From an uncultured Saccharospirillaceae bacterium (lineage in GTDB: Bacteria > Pseudomonadota > Gammaproteobacteria > Pseudomonadales > Oceanobacteraceae): a stretch of DNA of 64,000 bases. Below the pieces are notes generated by a model. It had not been told where the DNA came from and did no database searches. It saw only the letters and a list, made by a program, of their open reading frames with translations. Shown piece after piece: positions 10,535 to 20,726 of this stretch. The position numbers and the translations under genes are program-made. Where the stretch lies: the NCBI GenBank assembly GCA_947503895.1, contig CANNFT010000004.1, forward strand, positions 324,871 through 388,870. The letters are read 5' to 3'. Numbering within the stretch: the first letter of the stretch is position 1; each line of letters starts with the position of its first letter.

Positions 10535-11704
10535 TCACTTTGATTCGTTAAATAGCTCGCGCCCAATGAGCATACGACGCACTTCTGATGTACCCGCACC
10601 AATTTCATAGAGTTTGGCATCTCGTAATAAACGACCTGCCGCAAAATCATTGATGTAGCCATTTCCACCTAATAACTGGATAGCATCCAATGCCATTTGT
10701 GTGGCTTTTTCAGCGGTGTAAAGAATGACGCCGGCAGCATCTTTGCGCGTCGTTTCACCGCGATCACAGGCCGAGGCGACAGCGTATAAATACGCTTTGC
10801 AGGCATTCATAGTAGAGTACATATCAGCTATTTTGCCTTGCACAAGTTGAAACTCTCCGATACTTTTTCCAAATTGTTCGCGGTCATGGATATAGGGCAC
10901 CACGATATCCATACAGGCTTGCATGATGCCGGTTGGCCCGCCGGATAACACCACCCGCTCATAGTCTAGGCCACTCATTAATACGCGCACACCTTGGTTT
11001 AATCCGCCTAGAATATTTTCAGCTGGCACTTCGCAGTCTTCAAATATTAACTCGCAGGTATTGGAGCCTCGCATACCCAGCTTGTCGAGTTTTGGGCCGC
11101 GAGAAAATCCTGGGGCATCTCGCTCAACAATGAAGGCCGTAATGCCGTGAGGGCCTTTTTGGCTATCGGTCTTTGCGTATATCACGTATACATCTGCATC
11201 AGGGCCATTTGTGATCCACATTTTGCTGCCGTTCAAAATAAATTTATCGCCATGCTGTTCAGCTTTTAATTTCATACTGACCACATCGCTACCGGCATTT
11301 GGCTCGCTCATGGCTAATGCACCAATATGCTCGCCGGCCACGAGTTTTGGTAGGTATTGTTCCTTTTGTTCTTGAGTGCCATTGCGATGGATTTGATTGA
11401 CACATAAATTAGAAAACGCACCGTAGCTGAGGCCAATTGAAGCCGATGCACGGCTTATTTCTTCCATGGCGATACAGTGGGCTAAATACCCCATATCTGT
11501 GCCACCAAATTCTTCAGCGACTGTAATGCCTAATAGGCCCATGTCCCCCATTTTTTTCCATAATGCATTGGGAAAGGCATTTTCTTTGTCTGTTATATCC
11601 GCGATCGGGGCGATTTCGCGGTGCGCAAATTCATTTACTTGCGCTCTTAACATATCGATGGTTTCGCCGTGCCCAAAATTGAGAACTTGGTATTGGGATT
11701 TCAT
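10535..11704 (-). CDS. liuA: Isovaleryl-CoA dehydrogenase
   Basis: [32 protein letters not shown]. Confidence 0.95.
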   Translation of the reverse strand: MKSQYQVLNFGHGETIDMLRAQVNEFAHREIAPIADITDKENAFPNALWKKMGDMGLLGITVAEEFGGTDMGYLAHCIAMEEISRASASIGLSYGAFSNLCVNQIHRNGTQEQKEQYLPKLVAGEHIGALAMSEPNAGSDVVSMKLKAEQHGDKFILNGSKMWITNGPDADVYVIYAKTDSQKGPHGITAFIVERDAPGFSRGPKLDKLGMRGSNTCELIFEDCEVPAENILGGLNQGVRVLMSGLDYERVVLSGGPTGIMQACMDIVVPYIHDREQFGKSIGEFQLVQGKIADMYSTMNACKAYLYAVASACDRGETTRKDAAGVILYTAEKATQMALDAIQLLGGNGYINDFAAGRLLRDAKLYEIGAGTSEVRRMLIGRELFNESK

Positions 11705-11806
11705 TGTCTTGTCTCCAATAAATGGATGATTATTTTTTAATTATTGTAATGTTGGTGCGTGTTTTAATATCTGTGATGAGTCCATTAGTGTTTAAACGAG
11801 CGATGG

Positions 11807-12199
11807 TTAGGAGAGGCTCTCCATTGCGTGCCTTACTCGCGCTTCATGTGCGTCTAGTTCCCGCATCATGGTCTCTATGTCCCGTTTCTGTTGTTCGAGT
11901 CGTGTCCGACTTTCTTGAACTTTTTCCAACACCTTTTGGTATTGGTCTTGGTTGTTGTGTTGTGGGTCGTACATTTCAATGAGCTCTTTACTCTCAGCGA
12001 GCGAGAAACCGAGCCTTTTACCTCGTACGATTAACTTCAATTTGACGAAATCACCATGACCGTAAAGGCGCTTCTGTCCGGCACGTTGTGGCTGCAACAG
12101 TCCTTCGCTTTCGTAAAAGCGAATCGTGCGCGTGGTAATGTCAAAGGCTTGTGCCAAATCACTGATGGTGTAGATCGGTTTTGATTCGTCATTCTTCAT
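11807..12199 (-). CDS. liuR: MerR-family regulator of the liu operon
   Basis: YTISDLAQAFDITTRTIRFYE HTH; directly upstream of liuA. Confidence 0.9.
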   Translation of the reverse strand: MKNDESKPIYTISDLAQAFDITTRTIRFYESEGLLQPQRAGQKRLYGHGDFVKLKLIVRGKRLGFSLAESKELIEMYDPQHNNQDQYQKVLEKVQESRTRLEQQKRDIETMMRELDAHEARVRHAMESLS

Positions 12200-12218
12200 T
12201 CTTGAAGATTAGTCTCAA

Positions 12219-12236
12219 GTTGACGTTTACGTCAAC
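12219..12236. promoter_or_regulatory. LiuR operator
   Basis: Palindrome GTTGACGTTTACGTCAAC 19 bp upstream of liuR, matching the TTACGT-WW-ACGTAA-type LiuR motif. Confidence 0.8.
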
Positions 12237-12433
12237 GTCATAAATGGCGATATAACCATCTACTCAGTGAAGTTGGCTTTTTATGACCATGTCGTAGCCA
12301 GTGGACGGAGGTTCTTCAAGATCTGAGGTATTTTGTTACCTTTGTTACAGAGAGCAGAGGGTGGGATGAGACAGGATAAAATGCGCCAAGTGCTGCTCAT
12401 ACTGATACTTTATTCGAGCTGCAGATGGTGCGG

Positions 12434-12803
12434 TTATTCACAAGCGCCGTGTTGCGGTAGAAAATTGGTTGAATTGCAACCAAATGACACTGAAAGTCTG
12501 ATCCAGCTGATGTGCTGATCATCAATTTGATCGTCTCAGAAGCAACGAATGAGCCGTGCATTTAAAAGTAGGGTGAGTGTTTCCTAACGAATTTATGCAC
12601 ACAGTAGAGCACTGCCAGCATACGCAATATTGATGAGAATATGATCATGGCCAATTTTAAGCGGCAGCGCTAAGTCTATGAAAAGTCAGTTAATTCAAAA
12701 TTGATTGAAATAACAACAATTTGAGCTAGGCACTGTAAAACTGGGTGATATATGGAAGATTGACTGCCTTATCCATAGACTTATCCACAGTTTTTGTGGG
12801 TAA
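12434..12803. promoter_or_regulatory. DnaA-box cluster with IHF-like site (DARS/datA-like)
   Basis: TTATTCACA 12434, TTATGCACA 12593, TTATCCATA 12769, TTATCCACA 12781, inverted TGTGGGTAA 12795; TAACAACAATTTG at 12711-12723. Confidence 0.6.
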
Positions 12804-12879
12804 GCATTTGTGATGGGTTACTCACTTGTTAAAAGAGTGTTGAATGGGCTTGAGAAGTATTAGATAGGAGTCGTCATTT

Positions 12880-12904
12880 GATGAACGGCGTCCTGCCGTT
12901 CATC
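12880..12904. terminator. Stem-loop at the 3' end of the periplasmic binding protein gene
   Basis: GATGAACGGC-N5-GCCGTTCATC perfect 10-bp stem; no U-tract. Confidence 0.5.
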
Positions 12905-12926
12905 TGCGTGGGTGTTGACCAAGCCG

Positions 12927-13682
12927 TTAGCGTCCGTAAGAACGTTCGATAGCCGTAATTTGTCCTTCTTTTTTCAATGCGAGCAGGGCCGTGGTGAGTG
13001 CACGAATGATTTCAGGATTGGTTTTTGGATTAAGCGCTAAATACAGTGGTGCCGTTTTAAATTTTAAGGCTACTTTTAAATCGTCGATGTCAGAAACATC
13101 TGAAGCAATATAGGGACCGGCCAATTCATCAGCGACCCATAAATCAATCTGGCCCAATGCTAAGCGTTTAGGATTCATCTGGTTGTTGTTTAATACTGAC
13201 ACCTCATAGCCTTTGCCAATTAAATAGTTTGTCAGGGCATCGCCTTTGTAGCCGCCGACGGTATATTTGCGGATGTCGTCAAGTTTGCTGAGTTTTATAT
13301 TCGATTTGGCGCTTGAGAATAGTGTCCAAGATATTTCTGTTAATGGGCCAACCCACTTAAAGTTGTTTTCTCTTTCGGGTGTTCTGGCCACGCAAAATAA
13401 TCCACTATTCAGTTTTTCTTTTACCCGATTCAGCCCGTAGCTCCAATCTCTTAATTTAATTTTTGATTCGTACGGAATTCGCTGCAGCATGGCTTTAATC
13501 ATGTCTACACATAGACCCGTCATTTTATCTGCATCGTGAGCAAATGGGCGGCCATCGAGTGTCATACTGTACGGAGGGTACTGCTCTGTAAACAGACTGA
13601 GTTTTTCATCGGCCACAGCGGTATTAAAAAAGCCATGTGCCGTTAGCAAATAGAAGATGCTACTGAAAAATATTTTTTTCAT
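12927..13682 (-). CDS. Orphan periplasmic substrate-binding protein (ABC family 3-like)
   Basis: Signal peptide; TEQYPPYS, GLCVDMIKAML, LYLALN patterns. Confidence 0.8.
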   Translation of the reverse strand: MKKIFFSSIFYLLTAHGFFNTAVADEKLSLFTEQYPPYSMTLDGRPFAHDADKMTGLCVDMIKAMLQRIPYESKIKLRDWSYGLNRVKEKLNSGLFCVARTPERENNFKWVGPLTEISWTLFSSAKSNIKLSKLDDIRKYTVGGYKGDALTNYLIGKGYEVSVLNNNQMNPKRLALGQIDLWVADELAGPYIASDVSDIDDLKVALKFKTAPLYLALNPKTNPEIIRALTTALLALKKEGQITAIERSYGR

Positions 13683-14129
13683 GATCGAAGATTTAACCTG
13701 ATGTTATTAGGGTAGGGCGGGTGCAGAATTCTACATGGTTTATTATTTACGGCAATATATTGGAAGGCTAAAAACGACCAGATTATGGAATAGATTTGTA
13801 ATGTTTTTACCTTTTTAATAAAAGCTTATTTAGCTGGGAATTTTTGCGCAGTTCTAGTCATTTATTTCGTAATTATTTAATGTGAATTGTTGCCGAATTG
13901 ACAGTAAATATGCGATCAATTAAATGTCATTTTGCTTCGGTTGGCTATAAATGAATGTTCACAATTAAGGGTTACTGTCACTTTTAGGATAGGCGTCGGC
14001 GAAATAGTTGATGATAAAGCTACGGTCTGTGGGATTAACCTTTCTAGTGCTTTTAATGATTTTTTAATGCGGCGTTTGTATCAATCAAACGCCACGGAGT
14101 GATGTGCAAGAAAATGCATTATTTTCGCT

Positions 14130-14834
14130 TTATTTCTTATTTGAAATAGTTTTTGGCTGTTCATCAAATATGTCCCGAGGTATCCAGCGGAATGTACGCA
14201 GTAATAGATCAAACAGGGGAAATGTTAAGTTGAAATTATGGGTTTTCATCAGCGTACGGTGGTGATGTATGCGATGTAGGTGGGCCAGTTCTCGAAAAAT
14301 TGGTATTTTATGAAGCCAATGTTGAGTGGGTAAATGATACCCGACGTGGAGTAGCTCATAGGCCAAATGGTTCAGAATCATGGTCGCCGCAATAACGTAG
14401 GCAGCATTTAATGAAATCCATTGTGCGCATATGTACCCAAAAACTGGCGCAACTATAAAGGCTTGAAATACCGTTAAATAAGTGGGAAATAATACGATTC
14501 TCCAATCTTTAGGTGAGTCGAACGATAATAAGGGCGCAGAGAAAAAACTGTGGTGGTCACCGGTGTGGCGCTTGTAGAAAAGCTTGGTCAAAGCCATTTT
14601 TTTGTGCCCAGCCCATCGGTGGCTGGCATATTCAACAAAATTATAAGTCAATATCCCCAGTGGAATGATCCATAGCTCAGCCATGTCCAATTGCTCAATT
14701 TGGCTAAAACAATATGCAGCGGTTATCAAGCTAATAACGATGACACTGCTCAAATGCACCCAGCCATTATAAGCTCGGCTTACATTTGCACGGTAATGCT
14801 GTCGAAATTCAGCAGTTGGGTGGGACTCAGACAT
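14130..14834 (-). CDS. Fatty acid hydroxylase / sterol desaturase family membrane protein
   Basis: His boxes HRWAGH, HTGDHH, HVGYH, HRIHH with intervening TM segments. Confidence 0.8.
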   Translation of the reverse strand: MSESHPTAEFRQHYRANVSRAYNGWVHLSSVIVISLITAAYCFSQIEQLDMAELWIIPLGILTYNFVEYASHRWAGHKKMALTKLFYKRHTGDHHSFFSAPLLSFDSPKDWRIVLFPTYLTVFQAFIVAPVFGYICAQWISLNAAYVIAATMILNHLAYELLHVGYHLPTQHWLHKIPIFRELAHLHRIHHHRTLMKTHNFNLTFPLFDLLLRTFRWIPRDIFDEQPKTISNKK

Positions 14835-14956
14835 ATCATCGCCTTTTGTTTGGAGTGCACATTTACGAGCTGTTAATCATTGACCTTCACTATAAAAACC
14901 TTGAATATTGTTTGTCTAATTTATAATCATTATTTTATTTATTTGTTAAGCTGATA

Positions 14957-15898
14957 ATGTCGACTCATTTAAGATCCCTAGACCTCAACTTGCTGCCAGT
15001 GTTTGATGCACTAATGATTGAGCGCAACCTCACTCGTGCGGCGGTCAAGCTGCATATGAGCCAACCGGCTGTGAGTGCAGCATTGAAGCGGTTACGCGCT
15101 ACCTACGAAGATGCGTTATTTGTACGAACGGCTAAAGGATTGCGGCCGACCGAACGCGCTTTAGCGTTACACCCAGTCATTCACGATGCCCTCAATGCGG
15201 TCAAAATGGGCTTTGAACAAGCGCCATTTGATTTCCGGCAGGCGCAGCACGACTTCACAATCGTTATGCCAGATGCGGTAGAAACGCTCATGGTGCCAGG
15301 CTTGAGTGAATGGTTAAGGCGTCACGCATCAGGCGTGAAATTAACGGTGCTGCCTGACGAATCTGAAATGGCAGGTCGCATGATCAGTAATGGTGAAGTG
15401 GATTTTATCATTGATTATTTTTCGTCGGATTCACCAAATTATGTCAGTCATCAGTTTGCACAAGAAAAATTGGTCATAGTGGCCAGTAAAGGGAATGAAT
15501 TAATCGGGAAGTCCATTTCAAGCGCGCAATTTCGTTCATTACCACAAGTGTCACTGCTGCGCGGTAATCCATTGGGTTCACCGATGGAGAGGCTAGCCAA
15601 GCCGAACAAATTAGAGCGCAACATTTGCCTGCGCGTACCTCGATTATCGTTATTCCCGTATGTGGTCGCGAATACAGACTTAATCGGCGTCGTGCCTGCA
15701 CGCATGATGGAATCGCCGTATTATCAAGATTTGCCGCTGCGAGTATTGCCGCTTCCTATGCCATTTCCAAATGTCTCCTTACAACTTACGTGGCATAAAT
15801 CTCAAACGGTGAATCCCGCGCATAAATGGCTTAGAGAAAAAATCATTGAGCTGTATCCAACACTCGGTCGATCGCCTTCGACCGGTATTCCTATTTAA
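14957..15898 (+). CDS. LysR-family regulator, divergent from the hydroxylase
   Basis: LDLNLLPVFDALMIERNLTRAAVKLHMSQPAVSAALKRLR. Confidence 0.95.
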   Translation: MSTHLRSLDLNLLPVFDALMIERNLTRAAVKLHMSQPAVSAALKRLRATYEDALFVRTAKGLRPTERALALHPVIHDALNAVKMGFEQAPFDFRQAQHDFTIVMPDAVETLMVPGLSEWLRRHASGVKLTVLPDESEMAGRMISNGEVDFIIDYFSSDSPNYVSHQFAQEKLVIVASKGNELIGKSISSAQFRSLPQVSLLRGNPLGSPMERLAKPNKLERNICLRVPRLSLFPYVVANTDLIGVVPARMMESPYYQDLPLRVLPLPMPFPNVSLQLTWHKSQTVNPAHKWLREKIIELYPTLGRSPSTGIPI

Positions 15899-16041
15899 TT
15901 TGCCTGAATAATTGGGTGTTTCGGTTATTGTCATCTGATCGTCCTTGGCGCTTAATGACTGTTATATCATGGCGTGATTCACAAGGCCGAGCTATCAAAG
16001 GTCTGTTACGGACCGCTTTACCTGAATAAAAAGAGTGCTAT

Positions 16042-16731
16042 ATGAAAGCGTCCTCAGAAAACTTCGAGCAGTATCTTCAACCCACTTTTTATTTCGACTA
16101 CGAGCATCCACTCGTCAGTGCCTTTGCTGAGCGAGTGTTGTCTGAAAATGGCCCTGCTTTGAGTTCAGTCGAGAAAGCCACAAAGCTTTACTATGCCGTG
16201 CGTGACGATATTCGTTATAACCCTTATATATTTAAAGCCGACCCCAAATCAATGAGCGCAAGCTATTGCCTTGAGACCGGTGAATCTTACTGTATTCCCA
16301 AAGCGGTGCTACTGGGTGCCGTGGCCCGCTATGCGGGTATTCCATCTCGATTAGGATTAGCCAACGTTAAGAATCACTTATCGAGTCAGCCCTTAATTGA
16401 CTTTTTACGCAGCGATATATTTGTGATGCACGGCTACATTGAGTTGTACCTAAAGGGTGGCTGGGTAAAAGCCACGCCGGCTTTTAATGCGGCACTTTGT
16501 GAAAAAATGGGTGTGGATACGCTGGAATTTGATGGCCAAGCAGACTCTATATTTCAAGAATTTAACGGTGACGGCGAAAAGCATATGGAATACTTGGAAG
16601 ATCATGGAACATTCAGCGATGTCCCCATGGATTTTATTATTCATTCAGTGGTCACCGCCTACCCGCATTTAGCCGACCCTAGTGTCTTGGCAGGCTTAAA
16701 AGGTCACAGCTTAGAGGCCGATATTACTTAA
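16042..16731 (+). CDS. Transglutaminase-like protein
   Basis: SYCIPKAVLL (Cys), MHGYIE (His), WVKATP. Confidence 0.8.
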   Translation: MKASSENFEQYLQPTFYFDYEHPLVSAFAERVLSENGPALSSVEKATKLYYAVRDDIRYNPYIFKADPKSMSASYCLETGESYCIPKAVLLGAVARYAGIPSRLGLANVKNHLSSQPLIDFLRSDIFVMHGYIELYLKGGWVKATPAFNAALCEKMGVDTLEFDGQADSIFQEFNGDGEKHMEYLEDHGTFSDVPMDFIIHSVVTAYPHLADPSVLAGLKGHSLEADIT

Positions 16732-16750
16732 CCCATCCATCAAACAGCGA

Positions 16751-17575
16751 TTAGCTGGGTTCACTGTCATTGGGATCATGCCAACCAAAGCGATTAAAGA
16801 GATCTCTCATTGTTTCATCAAGCTGGGCTTCGATGGTCAGCGGTGTCTGAGTGACAGGGTGGGTTATGGTCAGCGTTCTCGCGTGCAATAAAAGCCTTCC
16901 CGCGTTTAGGTGGTCGGCAAAATATCGGTTGTGCTTTCCCTTGCCATATCGAGCATCCCCGATAATGGGGTGACTTAAGTGTTTGAGATGGCGACGAATC
17001 TGATGGGTTCGTCCCTGCTTGGGTATCGCTTCAACCCAGCTATAACGGCTTTGTGGATACTTATCAATGGCGACCTCAAGCTCGGTTTCGCCTAAAGGTT
17101 TAAATGCAGTTTGTGCTTCTTGCTGCGTTTCAATACATTGCCCATAGTCGGCCATGCCTTTAAGCGCGTGATCGACTTCAATGGCCTCTTTTAAGTGACC
17201 TCGTACCACCGCCCAATACACTTTTTGTGCGTTTGGCCAATTTTCTGCAGCCTGTTTGGCCATTTCTGAGTTAAGGGCAAATAGCAGCACCCCAGATGTT
17301 GGGCGGTCGAGTCGATGAATAGGGTAAACAAACTGCCCAATTTGATCCCTGACCAGCTGAAGAGCGAACACCTTTGCATCCTTTGCCACCCAGCTTTTAT
17401 GCACCAATAGGCCACTCGGTTTATTGACTGCTACCAAATGCTCATCTTGATACAGTATTTCCAATTTAGGAGGTGTTCCCCCTAAATGAGTTTCTGAGAT
17501 TGGGGTGCCTGAGCTCGTCGAATGGACGTTGTCCAGCTCGATTGAAGCGGTAGGCAATGAGGGATCACTGGTCAT
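16751..17575 (-). CDS. truC: tRNA pseudouridine(65) synthase
   Basis: VNKPSGLLVH, HRLDRPTSG, GRTHQIRRHL, IIGDARYGKGKHNR. Confidence 0.85.
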   Translation of the reverse strand: MTSDPSLPTASIELDNVHSTSSGTPISETHLGGTPPKLEILYQDEHLVAVNKPSGLLVHKSWVAKDAKVFALQLVRDQIGQFVYPIHRLDRPTSGVLLFALNSEMAKQAAENWPNAQKVYWAVVRGHLKEAIEVDHALKGMADYGQCIETQQEAQTAFKPLGETELEVAIDKYPQSRYSWVEAIPKQGRTHQIRRHLKHLSHPIIGDARYGKGKHNRYFADHLNAGRLLLHARTLTITHPVTQTPLTIEAQLDETMRDLFNRFGWHDPNDSEPS

Positions 17576-17850
17576 GGGCGAATAGGCTCTGCGATGGGCC
17601 GTTAGGTCGTAAAGGTGAGTGGCCGTTTATACCCATACTTTCAGCAAACTGCAATGGCGGAGAAAATGCTATTGGTTCGCTCAGCTTGTGGCGGTATTTA
17701 GCGAGAATCAAGGATTATAGACCTTGTAAGGGTGTTGCCATGGCATGGGGTCAGGTAAAATGCGCGGCAAATCCCGACTAACCTTAGGAGACGCGAACTC
17801 TAAGGTAGTGACTTAGCCGAGGCAACGTTTCAAAGCATGAGAAAGGTAAT

Positions 17851-18573
17851 ATGAGCCGCGACCGCATATACGCAAATAACCATGATGATTTGGAAGCATT
17901 TGCCTTCGACGAAGCGGTGGCACGGGTCTTCCCAGATATGATTAAACGGTCTGTACCGGGCTACACTACGATTATTCCGATGATCGGTGTGATCACGGGT
18001 GAATATGCACAGGCCGGCAGCCATTTGTACGACCTAGGCTGTTCTCTTGGTGCGTCCCTGTTAGCCATGCGACACGGTGTGCGTGAACCCGTTGCGCAGT
18101 TGATTGGCATCGACAATGCGCCCGCCATGATTAAACAATGTCAGCAATATGTTGATGCTGACCCAAGTGATGTACCGGTGAAATTGATTTGCGGCGATAT
18201 TGCAGAATTAGTGATCGAAAATGCTTCGGTTGTGACGCTTAATTTTACGTTGCAGTTTATTCCAGCGGAGCAACGGGATGAAATTATTCAGAGAATTTAT
18301 AATGGCATGCGTCCGGGCGGTGCCTTGATTCTGTCTGAAAAAATATGCTTTGAGCAGCCGGAACAAGCGTTGCAAGAAAATCTGCACTGGGATTTTAAGC
18401 GAGCAAATGGTTACAGCGAAATGGAAATCAGTCAAAAGCGTTCCGCACTGGAAAATGTTTTGATTCCTGAGAGTGCCACTGCCAATATGAACCGCATGAA
18501 AAACGCTGGCTTTAGTCAAGTGGCTCAGTGGTATCAGTGCTTTAATTTTACATCTTTTATTGCCATTAAATAA
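17851..18573 (+). CDS. cmoA: Carboxy-S-adenosyl-L-methionine synthase
   Basis: FDEAVARVFPDMIKRSVPGY, YDLGCSLGA, KRANGYSEMEISQKR. Confidence 0.95.
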   Translation: MSRDRIYANNHDDLEAFAFDEAVARVFPDMIKRSVPGYTTIIPMIGVITGEYAQAGSHLYDLGCSLGASLLAMRHGVREPVAQLIGIDNAPAMIKQCQQYVDADPSDVPVKLICGDIAELVIENASVVTLNFTLQFIPAEQRDEIIQRIYNGMRPGGALILSEKICFEQPEQALQENLHWDFKRANGYSEMEISQKRSALENVLIPESATANMNRMKNAGFSQVAQWYQCFNFTSFIAIK

Positions 18574-18587
18574 TTCGGACTGTTGTT

Positions 18588-19586
18588 TTGATCCCTCGTG
18601 ATTTTTTTACTGATTTAGTTCAATTTCTTCAAGAAGATACGCGCTTTGCAAAATGGGGCGCGCAGATAGAGTCTCAACTTAATACGCTTGTATTTGAAAA
18701 GCATCACGGTGATACACAGCGCTGGAAGGCTGCTTTTGATTCACTCCCAGATGTACAGCATCCGAGCGTAAATATTTCGAAGGATACGTTAACCGTAGAT
18801 TCGGATGAAGGGCTTTGCGTTGATCAGCAATCGCAATTGCTTCAGGGGCTACAAGGTTTAAAGCCGTGGCGAAAAGGACCATTTCAATTTTTTAATCAGT
18901 TTATCGATACAGAATGGCGCTCAGATTGGAAATGGCAGCGTGTTGGCCCGCATTTGTCACCTTTGAAAGGACGCACTGTGCTGGATGTTGGTTGTGGATC
19001 TGGCTATCACATGTGGCGTATGTTGGGTGAAGGCGCTGGCAGAGTGATCGGCGTTGATCCCTCTAATTTATTCCTGTGGCAATTTGAAGCGGTTAAAAAA
19101 TACCTAACGGCTTCTTCAGTGGGCAAACCCCGAGCGCACTTTTTACCATTTAAAATGGAAGATGTGCCCGATAAACTGCAAGCGTTTGATACGGTTCTCT
19201 CAATGGGTGTTTTGTATCACCGACGCTCCCCTCTGGATCATTTGTCCGAGTTACATGGGGCATTGCGAGAAGGTGGTGAAGTCGTGTTAGAAACGCTTGT
19301 CATTGACGGTGCTCTGGGTGAAGCGTTGATGCCAGAAGACCGATACGCCATGATGCGAAACGTTTGGTTTTTGCCTTCTACCGACACGCTCGCGCTATGG
19401 ATGCGTCGTGTCGGTTTTAAAAATATCAGAGTGGTTGACCAGAATTACACATCCATTGAGGAGCAAAGAAGCACTGAATGGATGGGGTTTAATTCATTGA
19501 AAGATTTTTTAGACCCCAATGACCCTAAGAAAACCGTTGAAGGTTATCCTGCGCCGCTTCGCGCGACATTAATCGCTGAAAAGTAA
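18588..19586 (+). CDS. cmoB: tRNA U34 carboxymethyltransferase
   Basis: PWRKGPF, IDTEWRSDWKW, DVGCGSGYH, EGYPAPLRA. Confidence 0.95.
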   Translation: MIPRDFFTDLVQFLQEDTRFAKWGAQIESQLNTLVFEKHHGDTQRWKAAFDSLPDVQHPSVNISKDTLTVDSDEGLCVDQQSQLLQGLQGLKPWRKGPFQFFNQFIDTEWRSDWKWQRVGPHLSPLKGRTVLDVGCGSGYHMWRMLGEGAGRVIGVDPSNLFLWQFEAVKKYLTASSVGKPRAHFLPFKMEDVPDKLQAFDTVLSMGVLYHRRSPLDHLSELHGALREGGEVVLETLVIDGALGEALMPEDRYAMMRNVWFLPSTDTLALWMRRVGFKNIRVVDQNYTSIEEQRSTEWMGFNSLKDFLDPNDPKKTVEGYPAPLRATLIAEK

Positions 19587-19600
19587 TATCAAAAAAATAG

Positions 19601-20380
19601 TCATGCTTGATTATTTTTTTGAAATAAAAAATGTACGTACCGGCCCAAATCTCGATAGGGTGGTTGCACGCCAAATCGAGTTTCGATTTCTACGAATTCT
19701 TGTAGGGTTTTATTTTCCCGCATAAACCGCGGCATATGATCGTGAACGCAACGAATGCCGCGCCAGCACTTTTCTTCGAGATTCAAGTCGGTTAACCATC
19801 TTCTTACGCTTTCAGGCTCTTGCGGGTTTTGAGGCATCAATTGATTTTTTTTGTGATGAAAACTTTCCCCACTGGCACGCGCCCAAGAGCCGTTCACTAG
19901 ATTTCGCCACACGATAGAATGGCGGTTGTAGAACATCAGCGATAAATAGCCGCCCGGACAGACTTGGCGGTTGAGTAATTCGACGGCGGCTTTGGGGTCT
20001 TCTAACCATTCCAGTACGGCATGGTTTAACACGATATCGAAAGGCTCTAAATCGAGATCGGGAATTGCTTGAAGAGGTGCGCAGTGAAATTCGCTTTGGT
20101 GCTGTGGGGCCACCTCTGAAAACACCCTTTGGGCGTGTTCAATCATTTCTGCGCTGACGTCAATTAAAGTGACATGGTGACCCATGGCCGCTAGGGCTGA
20201 AGAAAATTGGCCCATTCCACCACCGGCATCCAGAATTCTTAGAGTACGATTCTGCTGTGTCAGCGCCGGTATATGTTGGGTGAAGTCGATGTCGAGCATT
20301 TTAAGACGCAACTGACCTTTAACCGTTCCGTATATTTGCTGTTTAAAATGATGAGATAAACCGTCGAAATTGCGATCCAT
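19601..20380 (-). CDS. cmoM: tRNA cmo5U34 methyltransferase (SmtA)
   Basis: MDRNFD..IYGTVKGQLR, ILDAGGG, HAVLEWL, PYRDLGRYVH closely follow E. coli SmtA/CmoM. Confidence 0.85.
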   Translation of the reverse strand: MDRNFDGLSHHFKQQIYGTVKGQLRLKMLDIDFTQHIPALTQQNRTLRILDAGGGMGQFSSALAAMGHHVTLIDVSAEMIEHAQRVFSEVAPQHQSEFHCAPLQAIPDLDLEPFDIVLNHAVLEWLEDPKAAVELLNRQVCPGGYLSLMFYNRHSIVWRNLVNGSWARASGESFHHKKNQLMPQNPQEPESVRRWLTDLNLEEKCWRGIRCVHDHMPRFMRENKTLQEFVEIETRFGVQPPYRDLGRYVHFLFQKNNQA

Positions 20381-20726
20381 AGGAATGAAGTAACTTATAT
20401 GTCAGAGAGGTGTAATGGCCGAGCCTTATTGTAGAGACTTCGTTAAACGGATGCGAACGATGCTCTTTCCGTGGGCCTAAAAATGATAGGCCATGCCTCG
20501 CTTGCTGAATAATCAAGAGAAGGAGTTAGGTATGGGTCATTGCCGCTGACGGATGGCATAGGGGCCGCGAATTCGCCCGCCAGCGGAGCGTCAACAAACG
20601 TGCATGCTAGTGAGGGCTGAGGCAGTTCGTGATGCAGGAAGCAATATAGACTGTCTGCGCACGCTAGATGTATTGCTTAAGGCTTGAGATTTGGTATGCT
20701 CCGAGGATTCACATAGGTAAATTGTT

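Noticed and set aside
12333-12518. 61-aa ORF in the liuR upstream region
   Set aside because: TTG start, no family signal, and it overlaps the DnaA-box region
12300-12830. Chromosomal origin oriC
   Set aside because: No dnaA, rpmH, gidA or mioC nearby and no clear AT-rich 13-mer unwinding element; kept as DARS/datA-like pending GC-skew analysis
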